A stretch of 64,000 bases of DNA from Vezdaea acicularis (GCA_026025075.1 JAPEUI010000067.1:1-64000); one strand, 5' to 3'. Shown: positions 24,352-37,974, counted from the first letter of the stretch. The notes: a model not told the origin generated them from the letters alone. A program made the numbers and translations.

Positions 24352-24681
24352 TGTTCTTGAGATGGCTGACTGAGGGAGGCCTATATCGTTTAGTCTTCCA
24401 GGCTGAGTTGCACCGAATTATTGAGTAAGAAGGGCCAATTAGGGGAAGGCAGAGAGAGCTGTGGGTTGGGATTTGCGGGGAGCTAGTGGGTCTTTTCGAG
24501 GGCGGCAGAATATTTTATGTGCGAGGCGGTGAGGAGCGGCAGAATACTTGAATCTTGACGCGCATTGCAGGATTACGTCTGGAAACATCACATGGCCAAA
24601 ACCCCTGGGCCAAACCTCGCAGTGCTTCTCTTCTGATTTATGCATTGCGCTAAGAATAAGAGTATTTGAACTTGAGCAGAT

Positions 24682-26090
24682 ATGCTCGAGTTCATGGACT
24701 ATGTGCAGAATGAATTCTACAAGGTGTCGAACTGGAACCAGGACAATTCGTACGGAGCATTGACGGCCACAACTAGAAGTACACCCTCTTTCTCCTTTCT
24801 GACCATTCGTACACTACTAAATCCTCTTCTACTTAGCCCTCCTAGACTTCAAAATCCCTTGGGGTATTCACTTCGATGCATCCTCACTCTCATCTCCCAA
24901 CCTCGCGACGTCCTATTCCCTAGGTAGCGCTGGGGTCATTCATGGCTCGATATCGTACCTCTACTCTTCTCTTCCTCTAAATGATGTACAGAATAGCTCA
25001 AATATTGAGCTGGGGCGCGTTATTCAAGGATATAGACAACTCCAGGAGCTGAGGAGGCCTGATGAGCCGTTCTGGTGGGAGGTTTGGCGAGGGGGAAGGA
25101 GGGTCGATAGGAAGAGTAAGCATCTGGGTCTGCGTCCGTATTGAGGAGACTGCTAAAGGTTCGGGAAGATTCGTTACTGTTTGGAAGATTGTACCTGCCG
25201 ACTTCCATGTCAGAAGGGTTATACCTAAGGAGGCTCACTCCGACGCAGCAGGTGAAAATTTCATACGTTAGCGACTCAAAGTTGAGAAACGGAGGAACTG
25301 TAAGATTAGTTTGCTGTTTTCAAAAAATTCATTTGCTGAGTTCTGTAGATTCTGGCGCTTCATGCAAGAGACGTCGGCAAGTACTGCACCGAAACCCTCT
25401 TCAGCACAGACAGCGCCCTCCTCGGCATACGAGGTCTTTATAACTTTGGTCCTGATCCAAGGAATCCTACACTTCCCGACCCTCCAGCTACGCCCTCATC
25501 GCAGGAAAAGCTGTATGGCCGTCTTAGCGCGGGTGGAGAGCTATACTACGGTGTCGAGAACAAAAGCGGCGGTATGTCCGCTGGTCTAAGATTCACGACG
25601 CTGCCGCAGCACACAGGTTTTCCCCTAACAATGACCCTAACAACGAACCCTTTGATGGGTAATCTGAGTGCCGCATATGCTGTCAAAGCAGGAAAGGATT
25701 TGGCGATTGCAACGCAGTTCGACTTCAATTTCTATAGCTACGAGAGCGGGCTTGTGCTAGGATGCGAGCTCTGGCGGCGGAGACAGAAGGAGGATGTTGA
25801 GCGGTCACGGGCTAGGGAAAATGGCGTTGCAAGGGTTGATGATGATATTCAGGGCGTATTGAAAGCACGGATCAATCAGAGTGGATGCATTGGTTTGCTT
25901 TGGGAAGGGAGAATGAAGGACTTACTGTTTAGTTTTGGTATGATTCCTATTTCTTGCTTGACGTTTCCTGGGCATGGCATCTTGATTGCATGAGACTAAT
26001 AGGAATTCTGAGTTAGGGTCAGCAATCGACCTGCGTAAGCGCGATCGGCCTTTCAGGACGCTGGGAATTGAGTTTCAGTACTCTTCATGA
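24682..26090 (+). CDS. MDM10: Mitochondrial distribution and morphology protein 10 (ERMES/SAM beta-barrel)
   Basis: [85 protein letters not shown], terminal GIEFQYSS; ~4 introns. Confidence 0.95.
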
Positions 26091-27230
26091 GATACCCCTG
26101 CTCTTGTATTATATATACCACTGTTCCCTTAGATCACCTGGGTGAATGATTGGAGATTAGGACAGAGTCATTAACGAGCCTGTACGACAATTCAAACTAG
26201 CTCATAAAACTTGTGTCATAAAACAGAAAAACCCATTAGAATTGCATTAGCCAACAAAGATTCAACGTGACATATATGCATGCGATTTATGCTGTGAATT
26301 TCCATATTGCCGAAAAAACCCTAAAGCTCACAAATGGCCCATGATATGCAATCCGCCGAGCAGGGGCGGCGCGCCCAGAATATATTTTCTCTTAAGCAGC
26401 ATTTGTTCTGTCTAGCAGGTGATATGGCCGAGTGGTATAATCGGCTGTTTCCTGAATGTTCAATGCTGCATTGGCTCAAGTTCGTTTCCAGGTGGCGACG
26501 ATATTTGTGTCCAAGTGAAATGAAGCAGAGTTTTCTGGGAATCAGACGTTGATCCTCTTTCCCATATCCCTGTTAGATACCTTTTTTATTCATGGTTTTC
26601 GATATTGTTTTGTTCACACTCTTTTACGTGAGTTTTGGCTGGCTTTGCGTCAATCCTGGTGTGTGCTACGCTTCCCCCGTCCGGTAATTCGCTACATCTA
26701 CTTGTCTCTTTGTTCGTCCTTTCTTTGTCTCCCACCTACTCGCCATCTCGCCCAGATTTTGACTACTGGAAATGAAATCTTCTATTTGAAAGATATTCAT
26801 GTTGCTTTCAAAACAACGGTTCTAGACAACTTGGACCAACGATTATATACGAGCAAGACAAAAACCACTAACGATTGCAGGTGATCAACAAGGCTAAACT
26901 TTGGCCTTATAAGTGGAGAGTAAGGCGAATGGGCTAATAACACGGTCAGTCTGTGGACTGAAATGTGTACAGAAGAGAAATTCATTGCCACGGTAAAGTA
27001 TGACATTGAGCACTTGCTACGTAAACTTGTCTAGTACCTCTTTTCCTTACCGTAGTATTTCGTCATACCTTCACGCAGTAGGTATCTCCTCAGACTGTAG
27101 GCATCCTGCCCTGTGATCGAAGAACGTTCAGATAGAGTCATGGACGTGTCCGGAATCGTAGCTAGGTTAACCCGAATAGGCCCCTATGCAAAATCTTCAT
27201 ACAATCGCCGTGTTCGCCAAACATGCCATG

Positions 27231-29283
27231 CTAACGTCCAGATGATCTTGCTACACCTTCAAGAAACTCCATCATCAACTTTTTATCCAAGGCCCTTGTT
27301 GGAGTTCGAGGCTTTCCATCCATCCTGAGAGAGTCAGTGGGACTTTGCAATGAGGGCGATGAGATTAAAGGTGTAGTTTCCAGCTGGCTTAAACGTGTTC
27401 GTAGGGGATCAGCTGGCGCATTTGCTGCGACAGCAGAATCATTGGTTGTAGCTGTCGGCGATGTGTTACCCGTCCTGTTAAATAGTGAAAGGAGTGTTTC
27501 ACGTTGCTTTTCTGGTTGAATATTGCGGCGGTCGAATGATCGAGATGAAGCGTGTGAAGGGACAGGTTGGTGAGCTTGAGATTGAGGCTTCCTTACCGCT
27601 GTGTTGGAAGCTGCAGGTTGAGCCGGATCTGCCGTCTCAGCCTCAGATGACATCCGTCCGGATTGAGCAGGAGCCATAGCTAATTTTTCTATGACTGGTA
27701 GAGCAGAAACTTGAGATCCCGTGGCAGAAGGAGCGCGAAAGAGGCTTAAGAGTGCGCTCTGATGCTGGGTAATGGGCTTAGGCTCGGCGGGAGGGGGCGG
27801 GTGGGTAGAAGAGAACGTCATGGGCGGCTCGTTGACAATATTGATGTCAGAGCTTACGCGCTGAGAGCTATGCCTATTGGATCCATCGGCTGCTTTAAAT
27901 AGATCAACTAGACCCTCCCTGTGTGGGTTGAGAGTCTTTGGAGGTTGCGGGAGCGATTCTTTGAGGGATTGTGGAATAGCTTCTTTGTTCAACGGTTGTT
28001 TTCCAATCAAGCTCATAAGATGAGCAGACGAATCTTGACTCAGCCGAGCTATATGGACTTCATCAGATCTGGCTCCTTGAATCTGCTGAGGATGTTGTTT
28101 GGGATCCAGTTCAACAGATTTTCCTCCTGGGCCTCTGCTTTCTCGTTCCACAGTTGTAGGATGTGGTTTTGGAATGCTATGTCGGCTATTGGCCGCATCT
28201 AATGCTTTCTGCTGCGCGATCCATTTCTTCAATGGTGCCAAGAATGGCGCGACCATATAAAACTTATTTGCATTATTCGCAAGCTCACTGTGATCGTGGC
28301 CATTTTGAGTTTTGGTTTTTTTGAACATTGGGAGGTCAGTAAGACGATGCCATTCGATTGCCTGCTCATTGACTTTAGCAATGTGGAGTATGAGTAAGTG
28401 GACGTTCTGTACATACACTAATTTCCTTCCTCGTCCTCGGAGCAAAATCAGTATTCATTGGTACTTTATTGAAAACAAATAGTCTGACATTTTGCTCTCT
28501 CATTACGACTTCTATGGATTTTGTGTTTGCTTCGTCAGCAATAAGGCCCGCTTTCCGTACGTCGAAGCCTGTTTCCTCATACACTTCCCGGATAGCGCAA
28601 TCTAGGTCTCCTTCGTCCTTGTTAATCTTGCCCCTTGGGAAGCTCCAGTTCGACCCCTTCTTCCAGCCCTTGACCAGCACAACTTGATCCATGGTTTCAT
28701 TAAGCATGATAGCCCCCCTTACGGGCACACGAGTCTTGTACGCTAAGAACTCCTCGAACGCAGTCGATCGATGATAGAGTGAAAAGCCAGAGAATAGCGG
28801 ACAATGTTGAAAGATTCGCATGCAGAAGATCCTGAGGGTCATGGAAGGGAGGCTTGGATCAAGGGCTCTTATGAAGTCCTCATAGAACCATTGAGCTTCC
28901 TCGATTTGGAAACATATCCGCTCAACTGATTCAAGTTCCTCGTTGGGGAGGTTGATGATGAAGCGTACGCATAGATCATCGAGCCCTTAATTGTCATCAG
29001 TCAGCAAGAAAACCTAAGCAAATAGCACCTTTAGGGACGACCGATGCTGCGGTAACATCATTAAAGTTTTTCGGATATTGCTGTCGTCAGAAGCCGTCCC
29101 ATCAATTTCGAACGTCGGGTCCCAACCTCGAGTCCAGACGTCAATCCTAAACATCGATTCTGAAGGTCGATTCGCCATTTGAGCGGAATATTGAAAGATA
29201 AACATAGGAGTTTATCTCCACAAGCATCTGAACGTTTTTCGGTTTGACTTACAATCTTCTAAAAGCATCCTCGTCTCTGTCAT
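27231..29283 (-). CDS. DCP2: mRNA decapping enzyme catalytic subunit (Nudix)
   Basis: MTETRMLLEDW|LDDLCVRFIINLP, FQIEEAQWFYEDF, Nudix box WSFPRGKINKDEGDLDCAIREVYEETG, PRTRKEIS|KVNEQAIEW; helical Leu-rich LLSLF motifs in the tail. Confidence 0.95.
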
Positions 29284-30024
29284 AATGTGGCGGTTCTAGG
29301 GGCATGTCCACTCGATATTTGTATGGTGGTAAGGTTAAGGAAAGTTGATAACGAACGTGCTGGTAGGATCGATGGAGCGCTCTAAAGAAAACCAGACAGC
29401 CGAGATAGTCTCTATGCGGCTCGAGACTCTAATTTTTAATGGTGTACTGAACCTGATGATCTCATTGGGACTATGTCGCTATTGCAAACTTGATGGTGAT
29501 CTTTTGGAATACATGAAACGCGGCTCCTTGATGCGAGCTCTTCTTCCCGTGACACGGCGTGCACGGTTTCGCGATGCGCAGTGGCGGTGAAGCGCCACAG
29601 TTTGTGGCAAAGCCCATTTTAGCTTTCTAGCGAACCTGGAACCTGCTAGCGCGAGATGACGACGGTGGTAAACAAGATTTTGGCGAAAGCTTCGTATCAA
29701 GCTGAAGGTGTTACGCAAGCCGAGAAGGAAATCAAGGCAATTATTGGGCTTTGATTTAGGGTAATAAGAGCAGAGCCAGCCTAAATCTAGCGCTTTCATT
29801 CACAGTGTCACGCGTAATCCTTTCACATTTGCGCGACACGCCCAGCTCTCCTCGCCTCGCGCCCTCTAAGTCCCTGAAACAAGCGACCAAGAGCCCACGG
29901 CCACTCAACCTGCACCCGGTATTTTTGGCTTTCAGACAATTCACATAAGAAAACTCTCATCCTAGACGCTTTAAAGCATAAAGCCAGTGTGTATCGCGAG
30001 AGAAAGGTTTTGCAACAATTCAAC

Positions 30025-30923
30025 ATGACGAGCTACGCAGCAAAGTTTTTGGCGAAGAAGGTTATGGGAGAGACAGCGAAGAATCATTTTGGGAAAAAGG
30101 TAAGCTTACCACGGATGAACCTCTAAGCAAAAGTCTAACAATTTTTAGGACCCTTATTTTGAGTCTGTTCCTGCAACGAGGCTGGACGGCCGGCCATCTA
30201 AGAGGATGAAGAAGCAACGCAAAGCTCTTCCTCCAGGAATATCGGAGAACGATGCGAGGGTTCTTACGAAAGTTAGAAGAAGGGCGTATAAGCTGGACAT
30301 GAGTCTTTTCAATTTCTTGGGTATAAGATTCGGGTGGGGCAGTGTCATAGGACTCATTCCCGAGTAAGTCTTTGCAGCCTCAATAACCCGAAGCCTTGTT
30401 AATGTTTCCTAGGCTTGGAGATGTTGTCGATGCATTCATGGCAGTCATGGTTTTGCGAACATGCGACAAAGTGGATGGCGGTCTTCCGAATACGATTCGG
30501 TCTAAAATGGTCCTCAACATCGTTCTCGACTTTCTAGTCGGTCTCGTACCGTTCATTGGAGATCTGGCAGATGCTATGTATAAATGCAATACTAGGAATG
30601 CCATTCTACTAGAGGAACATCTCCGGCAGAAAGGGGCGAGGCTCCTACAAGCTCAGGGCGCACATTCGCCTGCAATAGATCCAAGTCTTGGCGAAGAATA
30701 TGATCGACTCAGTGACGAGGAGATAGGACCCCCACCAACCTACCAGACAGCAACTCCTTCCCAAGCTCAGACAATTGTAGCAGAGCCACCGAGAACCCAC
30801 CAGAAGCCAAAAAGTGGAGGTTGGTTCACCAGCGGCAACCGTCAAACTCAGCCTGATATTGAGCGTGGGGAAGGGGTCAACGCTGGCGCTGGGCCTACTC
30901 GAGGCAGCTCACGCAAACACTAG
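30025..30923 (+). CDS. DUF4112 membrane protein
   Basis: MTSYAAKFLAKK.., DPYFESVP, KVRRRAYKLD..GIRFGWGSVIGLIP, GLVPFIGDLADAMYKCNTRNAILLE; 2 introns. Confidence 0.85.
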
Positions 30924-31617
30924 GTGCTATCTAAACTCAATTAAGGCACTGTTTACTCATTCTCTCCTTTTCCACATTTTCCATTTGCAATTGCGATTGC
31001 AATGTATTCATGACTCTGCTGCTTTGCTAAACATTTATTTGGCACTGCCGGCAGATCGCTAGATCTTGTTGCCGCGAGCGGGGGCGTTCGGATCACATCT
31101 TTATTCAACCTGCGATAGCTACGGAGCCGTACAGATTGAAGACTTTCGGCTTCGGTGGTGGTTAGGAATCTAGTCACTTTTGTGGGACTTTCAAAATAGG
31201 GATCCCAATGAACATAGCATTAGAATTACGTCCAAAGAAGTGTTGAATCCGCTTCATACTACATTGACCTACAATAGTACCTTCTTTTTCTGGAGTGAAA
31301 CTTTTCATCTGTAATAAAGTTAGCGGCAATAGTACCTTCAGCCTTGTCCCGTCGCAACCTGCATCACATCCTCTTGCCCGTGCCTCGTATTGCAGGGGGG
31401 GTTCGAAAGCATAGGGCTGTGGTTTTTCCGCCTGCCGTCAAACATAAGAACCCATGCTTCCCCCCAAGTAATTCTCATACTAAATTGCTGCTACTACGAT
31501 TCTCTGTAGGCAGAATTCAGGCTTCTTACTGCCCAGCTAACGCTTCGGTTGCTCGCCTCACTTTTCAGAGCAGCTGCACCTTGCATATTCGCATCTGGAA
31601 CGCACCAATCAGCAGAT

Positions 31618-32621
31618 ATGGATGACTTCATGGCCCCACTTGATCCACAGCCTGCCCTCGATGCAGGCGCCGGATCGGGGTAAGCTTTTTTTTTTTGCAG
31701 GGGGCTAATAATTTGGCAAAAGGTCACCAACAAACCAAGATCCTCCAAATTTTGTGTTCGCTAGTGGATGCCGGGTTGTGGACGACTCTCGAACTCAGAA
31801 GACTTCGGACGGATCTTCGTCACTCTCAGGCGAAAGCTCCAAAGCGAATCCTCAGGAGAACTTTGCATTGAAAGAGGGGGACCGCTATGTTTGCTTATGG
31901 CCCAACTGCAATTGTAAGTTTATACAACTCTAATGTTGCCTAGTTACGTTTAACAGTCTACTAATACTCCAGCTCCACAGCCAATTTCTCAAGAGTATAT
32001 GAGTTAAAGCGCCACCTGAAGAATCACTTCCCAAGCGAGCTTATCCCGTGCCCTGCAGTCAACTGCAAATACAGGGGCAAGAGGGCATTCAAGCGGCTTG
32101 ACTTGTTTTTCGAACATGCACGCCGTGTGCATGACGATGACACTCTGTGGATGTGCCCCAAGGCGCAGTCATGCGGTCTTGAGGATTCTCTGAAGAAAAT
32201 TGATTTTGTGGAGCATCTTCGCAACGCCCATCACGTAATTGATCGGTATCATATGAAGACAATTCTCCGTTACTTCGATATTTTTTACAAGCGAGGTACT
32301 AGCAGATGTTTCATTTCAACCTGCGGTAAGGACTGTAACGATCTTGAGGAACTACAGAAACATGTTGCAGGATGTCATTCCCAGGCGGCTTTGTGGATGT
32401 ATTTCATCATCAAGTGGTATGGCAGATCACACGTATACGGCTTCTGCTTGATCTGCAGCACTGATATCCTTAGCTGGGATGGCTTGTCGCTCGCAGAACA
32501 TCTAGAAAAGCATGATCGAAGCACTTTACTCGAATTCAAGGACCAAATTTTGAGCGACTCTAGCGGTCTCTGGGCCCCGGCCATTCGTGGGCTCAGAGAA
32601 GTCTTCGAGAGGCTCGAATAG
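31618..32621 (+). CDS. Multi-C2H2 zinc-finger protein (paralog A)
   Basis: YVCLWPNCN|SNFSRVYELKRHLKNH, CPAVNC..EHARRVH, CPKAQSC..EHLRNAH, CFISTC..KHVAGCH, GFCLIC..EHLEKH; start and first intron approximate. Confidence 0.7.
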
Positions 32622-32991
32622 GACTACTTGAAATGGGGTGCAGAGAATGCCTGTCTAGGTCAAATGGCCAAACGAAACACCTGAAACTATAGAAGAAGTT
32701 GTGTGGTGATGAGTGAAGGGAGATATTTTTGTCAATTCTATAGTGTGAATGATGTTGTTAGGATCTTGGTCGAAGATCCAAATTGGTTGCTTATCTGATG
32801 ATGGCTAAACCTCTTTTATTTATTTATTTTTATTTTTATATTTTTTTATGGATATCTAGTATGACCAACTCAATTTTATACTCACCTTGTGTCGTGTGCT
32901 TGATAGAGTGATATGATGTGTCCTTCCGATAAGCCAGCTTACAGCGTCGAGGGAAAATTTTATTGCTTGTTAGGTTGGCTCTAGTCTCTAT

Positions 32992-34149
32992 TCACTCACT
33001 GAGTGCCCTCAAACACCCATAACAGAGGTTCCTCCTTGATAAACGATTCTCTTTTGAAACCCCCTCACCAACCTCCACACTCACACTGCAGACCGCGCAG
33101 ATGCTATTGTTACTCCATTTTGAGGAATCCAGCTTTCCAACCATTTTGACCACATTCGCAACTACACTTGGATATGCTTCTTCCACGCCCTCAAAGTAGT
33201 TCGTCATGAGCCCCTCCACACTCGCATTCTTTCCCGAAGTTGCCATAGCTTTCTCCATCCTATCCTCTTTTATTATTAAGCTATCGATGCTCAGCTTTAT
33301 GAATCGGGCATGTTGCACAAGCTCTCTCCTCAAAAGATCACGCAGAGGATATTTGAATTTGACGCCATGAGGTTTAGTGTCGTCGTTAAGTAGATGAGGT
33401 ATTGAGGCTCCCCGGCCGTTACTTGTGAGGGACAGTGTCTTCTCGGCTAGCCTAGTGGTTGTATCTCCCCAGAGGACGCTCTCGCATTCGTGTGCTTTGG
33501 CTAGGAAGGAGATGAGGCGCGTGAGGAGGATGGTGTGGATATCTTCTCTAGATGTTGTTGAAGACAGGGATCTGAAAATGGAATTGAGCTTTCCCTGACG
33601 ACTAGGTACTGAACGTGACATTTCTTCCGGCGGTTCAAGAGCTGCCCATAAACCCCCTTCTTCATCGTAATCAAAGACATCCGTGAGGTGTGCAGCAATA
33701 TGTTCGTGTTCTGGGAATCTTTCTTTCAAAGCCTGAACAGCTTCCGGTGGGGCCTCACCTCCTAGGTCCACCTCTACTGAGCATATCAGGAGCTTGAAGC
33801 CGGCTCTTCCAACTCTCTCCAATTGTCCCTTGAGTTGCTTGTTCAATAGCCATAGTAGCGTCACGCTGGAAACTCCAAGCGATACAGGTATGAGAAGTTT
33901 GGGTGGGGCATCCTCGGTGGAATTTCGTACGCGGTATGATTCCATACGCTTCGTGAATTTGGTCGCGACATATCGGAGGAAGCAGTTTCTATAAAGCTCC
34001 TTGTCAGCATTTCTTTATCTGAGGCGCAATCAAGAGGGTGAGCACCCGCATAGTGCCTCCGAACGGACCACAACCTCGGCGGCTTGACTACTGCATCTTT
34101 TGCATCGACCTAGGTTGTCACCCGCGCCCTCGTCTATCTTCCCCGGCAT
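32992..34149 (-). CDS. NCS2: Cytoplasmic tRNA 2-thiolation protein 2
   Basis: N-terminal CKRC...LC|NCF, LLIPVSLGVSS, LWGDTTTRLAEKTLSLTSNGRG, YPLRDL, YPSVVANVVK, LCYGC. Confidence 0.92.
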
Positions 34150-34304
34150 TCTCGAAAGTCTGCAATAAGGAGTCGGGCATATGTACGCGTTGTGGTGGCG
34201 TATTTATTCAGCAGGCGGAGAAATATCCGCTGACTCATCTATAAACCTTGAGATCCTTCCTCCTGGATTCGCGAAGCCTCGTCATACTCCGTGCAAGACT
34301 CACA

Positions 34305-35155
34305 ATGTCGAATCGCAAAGCTCGCCGTCAAAAAGCCGGTAATAATTCATCAGGGAAAGACGACTTAGGAGTAGAGCAGATCCCTCTCGCACAGCCAGAC
34401 CGCAGCGGTCCCAAAGCAAAGACTCTCTTCGAGATTGCAGAAGAGCGGCAGAGGGAGCTTAAGGGTCCAGCGAAATCTTCATCTCATGCACCATCGTTAG
34501 GAGTGGGTGTAGAGGAAGTTCAATGGAAGGATCTTTGGATGCATAATGAAAGATCCAAGGGAAAGGGCGTGATTGAGCCGCACAAGGAAGGAACCACTGA
34601 AGATGAGGAGTCAGCGGTAGAAGGGCGTGTTATGTTCATAGAAGCTATATTCTACTCAATATCGTTCTCTATGCTTCATTTCACTCTTGATGTTCTTGTC
34701 CATAGTCAGTATGCGATCAATATCGTCTGGAGGACGATCATTGAACGCACGCTGGTTACCTTCCTTAGTACGTCCTCTCGTATTTTCTCTGCAGTTCCTT
34801 TAGTCGTAGCCACTGCATTTCTGCCCCATACTAGCAATGCTTTCTGACCCCCCATTCCCTGGCTTCAACGCTTACGTACGTTTCTCATCCAGGTCTATTA
34901 GTTCTTGTCTCGATGTTACATTCCAATGCCAATCTGCCAGCCGTCCAGGCTCTATTCCTTATCCTTTCTGTAGGTGCTGGAGCGTATTTGATACATATTA
35001 CGAACGAGTCACCATTTCTAGCCATAATGAAATTGGCTCCACGGATCGGCACTATATGGGTTTGGAGCATCATAGAGCTTCATCTCCCCATTGCCCTTAC
35101 AAGTCTGGCTGTTTGCTTGGTCTGGACGTGGTGGGGTGGTTATAGCGTTATGTAG
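34305..35155 (+). CDS. Conserved fungal hypothetical membrane protein
   Basis: IPLAQPDRSGPKAKTLFEIAEER, MLHFTLDVLVHSQYA, MKLAPRIGTIWVWSIIEL; several TM segments; one intron ~34768-34890. Confidence 0.75.
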
Positions 35156-35294
35156 CGCTCGAATTGTTGGCGTATCTGGGTTAACAGAATCAGTGCATTC
35201 GACTGTGAATAATGCTCTATATAGGTGCGACCGTCATGAAGCTTTGAGGACTCCAAATTACATGCTAAATACTTTTAGATTTCCCACAGGTGCA

Positions 35295-35864
35295 TCAGCC
35301 GCAAACACCCCCTAAGCTGAGCTGATCATAACTTGGATCAAAAGTGAACCTTCTAAGTGGGTCTACCTTGTTGCTATGTTCGAATCTGCACCTCTTTCCA
35401 GAACAAATATCTTTCATTTGGCAGTATTGGTGTTTGGGTTTCCTCCTTTCGTTATAGCCGTTTGTTGTCGAGATCTCCGCCCCTTCCTCAACAATTTCTA
35501 CCACCGGATTAAGGGGTCTACGAGTATTGGTCAAACATAAGCAACTCGTCTTACAGAAGTCCGCACCCTTTGGGTATATCTGTCGGAAGGCGACGTTGAT
35601 CGGTCGAGAGTTTTGACATCGAACGTAGCCTTGGTTGCAGTCACAGCCAATGCTTGCATCCGAGGAAAAGCCGCCTTGTAATGCGCAGAATTCGAGGACA
35701 CTGTACCCATAAGGAGGTAACTCAAGCCTTGTGTATAGTTCGGCAAGGTCTTGAGCCGGACCTGGACAGGCCAGGATAAGATCTGGCCTCATCGGGATGG
35801 CCAAAGTATTTGAGATTAAGAGCAGGAGGAAGCACATGAAGTATTCGAAACAATGGAGGAGCAT
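35295..35864 (-). CDS. Small secreted cysteine-rich protein (8-Cys family member 1)
   Basis: Signal-peptide-like MCFLLLLISNTLA; LACP...FC...GCDC...C...FCKTSCLC. Confidence 0.65.
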   Translation of the reverse strand: MLLHCFEYFMCFLLLLISNTLAIPMRPDLILACPGPAQDLAELYTRLELPPYGYSVLEFCALQGGFSSDASIGCDCNQGYVRCQNSRPINVAFRQIYPKGADFCKTSCLCLTNTRRPLNPVVEIVEEGAEISTTNGYNERRKPKHQYCQMKDICSGKRCRFEHSNKVDPLRRFTFDPSYDQLSLGGVCG

Positions 35865-36781
35865 TGAGCTAGTGTAGTTGTCAGTCGGTGAGCGTCATAT
35901 ATCGGGTTTGAGAATGTGTCAAGTGAATGAAGATATGAGGAAGGAGGTCGCAATTCTTTATTTCTATACAAATAGCTTACACATTTGCATGGAGTTATTT
36001 CTGCATTAACTCCTTGCTTTTACAAACTTCACACAGTCCTCGATTCTGACTTCAGTGGCGCCAGTCGAGCAAATGAAACCGCATCAACTATATCTCTCGT
36101 ATGCACCTCACACACATATATCACGCTAATCCCCGCCCCGTTTCATCAACCTTCATGTTACATCCAGAGATCTTCATGAGATTGAAGAGAGCGGATCTCG
36201 GCAGCGCAACGCGAAATTCAAAAGGAAGATCGATTGCTCGTGCACGTTGCGGAGGGGTGTCCAGGCGGCCGCGTTCTACAAACTCAATGCAACGTTCCCT
36301 GCTGCAACTCGCTGAAAATGGAATATTTCTAGATAGATGTTCCTTCGATGATAGTTCCGAAGGAGTCGACTTAATATGATGCTGGGCAAACTCTTACAAT
36401 TAGGAAGGAAAGGTTAGTACACTCCGAAAATAGACAAGGGTTGATGAACTACTAGGCGCGCAAGTTATGGAACAACTGCCTGTGTTCTGGCAAGGACCAT
36501 AGATTGGAGACTTTCGGAAGACTCGGGACGAATCTCGCGTTTCCACGGCCCGAAGAGTCTAGGACATGGAACGGTACGAGCGCGCGTAGGTTCATCAAGT
36601 GGATCGGCGATGATGATCCAACAGTTCATATACAAGTCAACGAGAGTATACTGATACGTCGTGTTTAGATGAATCCATTTATCACACCCTTGCTCCAGGC
36701 CTAAAATCGTACATCAACCTTCATTGAAGTATATCGCTCATCGCCAACTTTCTTCCCTAGCCACACGACATCAGTATCGGA

Positions 36782-36982
36782 TCAGGCGTAGTCATTCCCC
36801 TTTTCCAATGCGCCTTTCTCAGAAAATCCTCGCTCTGTAAGCTCTCGAGCTCTCTGTAGCTCTTTCTCGGCGTTACGCTTGGAGCTGATGTGGTGGGCGA
36901 TTGCGAAACCCAGGAAGACGAAGATGAACACCCCGATGAATCCGAACATGATTCCCAGCTCTCGGCTTGTTTTAGTGACCAT
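36782..36982 (-). CDS. 66-aa single-pass membrane microprotein
   Basis: ELGIMFGFIGVFIFVFLGFAIA hydrophobic helix followed by a charged KRNAEKELQRAREL tail; AAGATGG start context. Confidence 0.6.
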   Translation of the reverse strand: MVTKTSRELGIMFGFIGVFIFVFLGFAIAHHISSKRNAEKELQRARELTERGFSEKGALEKGNDYA

Positions 36983-37974
36983 CTTGATGAGTGTTTAGAG
37001 GGTACTAAATCATGACAACAGTTAGCGCTCTAACTGGATGTCAATCAAAGAAGGTTGCAAAAGTAGAATTTGGTTGATATCGGTGATGCCGAGAATGACG
37101 TACACAATTGGTTAACTCTTAAAAATCATGTGAATCATAAAATTGCCGCAATACTTTCGCCTCTTTAATGAGTACAGAATGGTTGTCTCTCTCGTTTTCA
37201 CTTCTTGACGAAGGTGTTGCTTGCACTCTGATGCATCATCCGAATTGTGGGTCGTTCAAACATTTATACCTTCTTCCCCGCAAGCCTTGTCCTACCCACC
37301 TGCCATGCGGGACAGACGCATTTCAATCCATGTCACTTGGGTCTCGCGACCGGTCAGAGACGCGAATGATTGGGCGAGGCACACCAAGAACTTGCCGAAG
37401 CGGGTTAGGATCTACGGCAATGATATAAGCGGTGCATCGCAAGGCGCCTCTGGAGAATGTGGGGCGATGATGGGCTCTCTAGGGGGGACAGCTTTTGACG
37501 TCGGTTTAGGTCCAAGCTAAGTGGAATAACAAGCTCGCTATCTTTCAGTTTGACGACAAGTTGCACGAAGCCAAGGTGGCTCTTAGATCCGCCCACCTAC
37601 AGAGATGCCACACCTACAACCTTCGACACGCTCATGTTCTTTCGGCGAGTTAACATGTTATGGCGTACTACGAGAGCGGACTTATTCCCGTCCCCACAAG
37701 CTGAAGTGCGGAATTGTCGCAGGAGGCATGAAGAGGCCCGTGTAGAAAGTCTGGGTGATCACGTCGAAGTGAGTGGTAAACCTGCAGAGCTTGATCCAGG
37801 GATGCGCTATTTGCGTAAACTCTGCAATTCGCCGTTTGGGTAATCAACATATATACTCCCGCGTAATCGGGTTAAGTCTTCAACACATGGACCTAAGCGT
37901 TCACGTTCCACTTATCCTCGTTGCGTCTCATCGTTTTCGTTGTCTTTTGACCATGCGAGAGGTTGTTATTCAGC

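Noticed and set aside
26300..27200. Short ORFs and intron-like signals between MDM10 and DCP2
   Set aside because: Could not assemble a coherent reading frame; probably 3' UTR sequence
21232..34149. Apparent grouping of RNA-metabolism genes (U1-70K, MRT4, DCP2, NCS2)
   Set aside because: Large functional class interspersed with unrelated genes; chance is adequate
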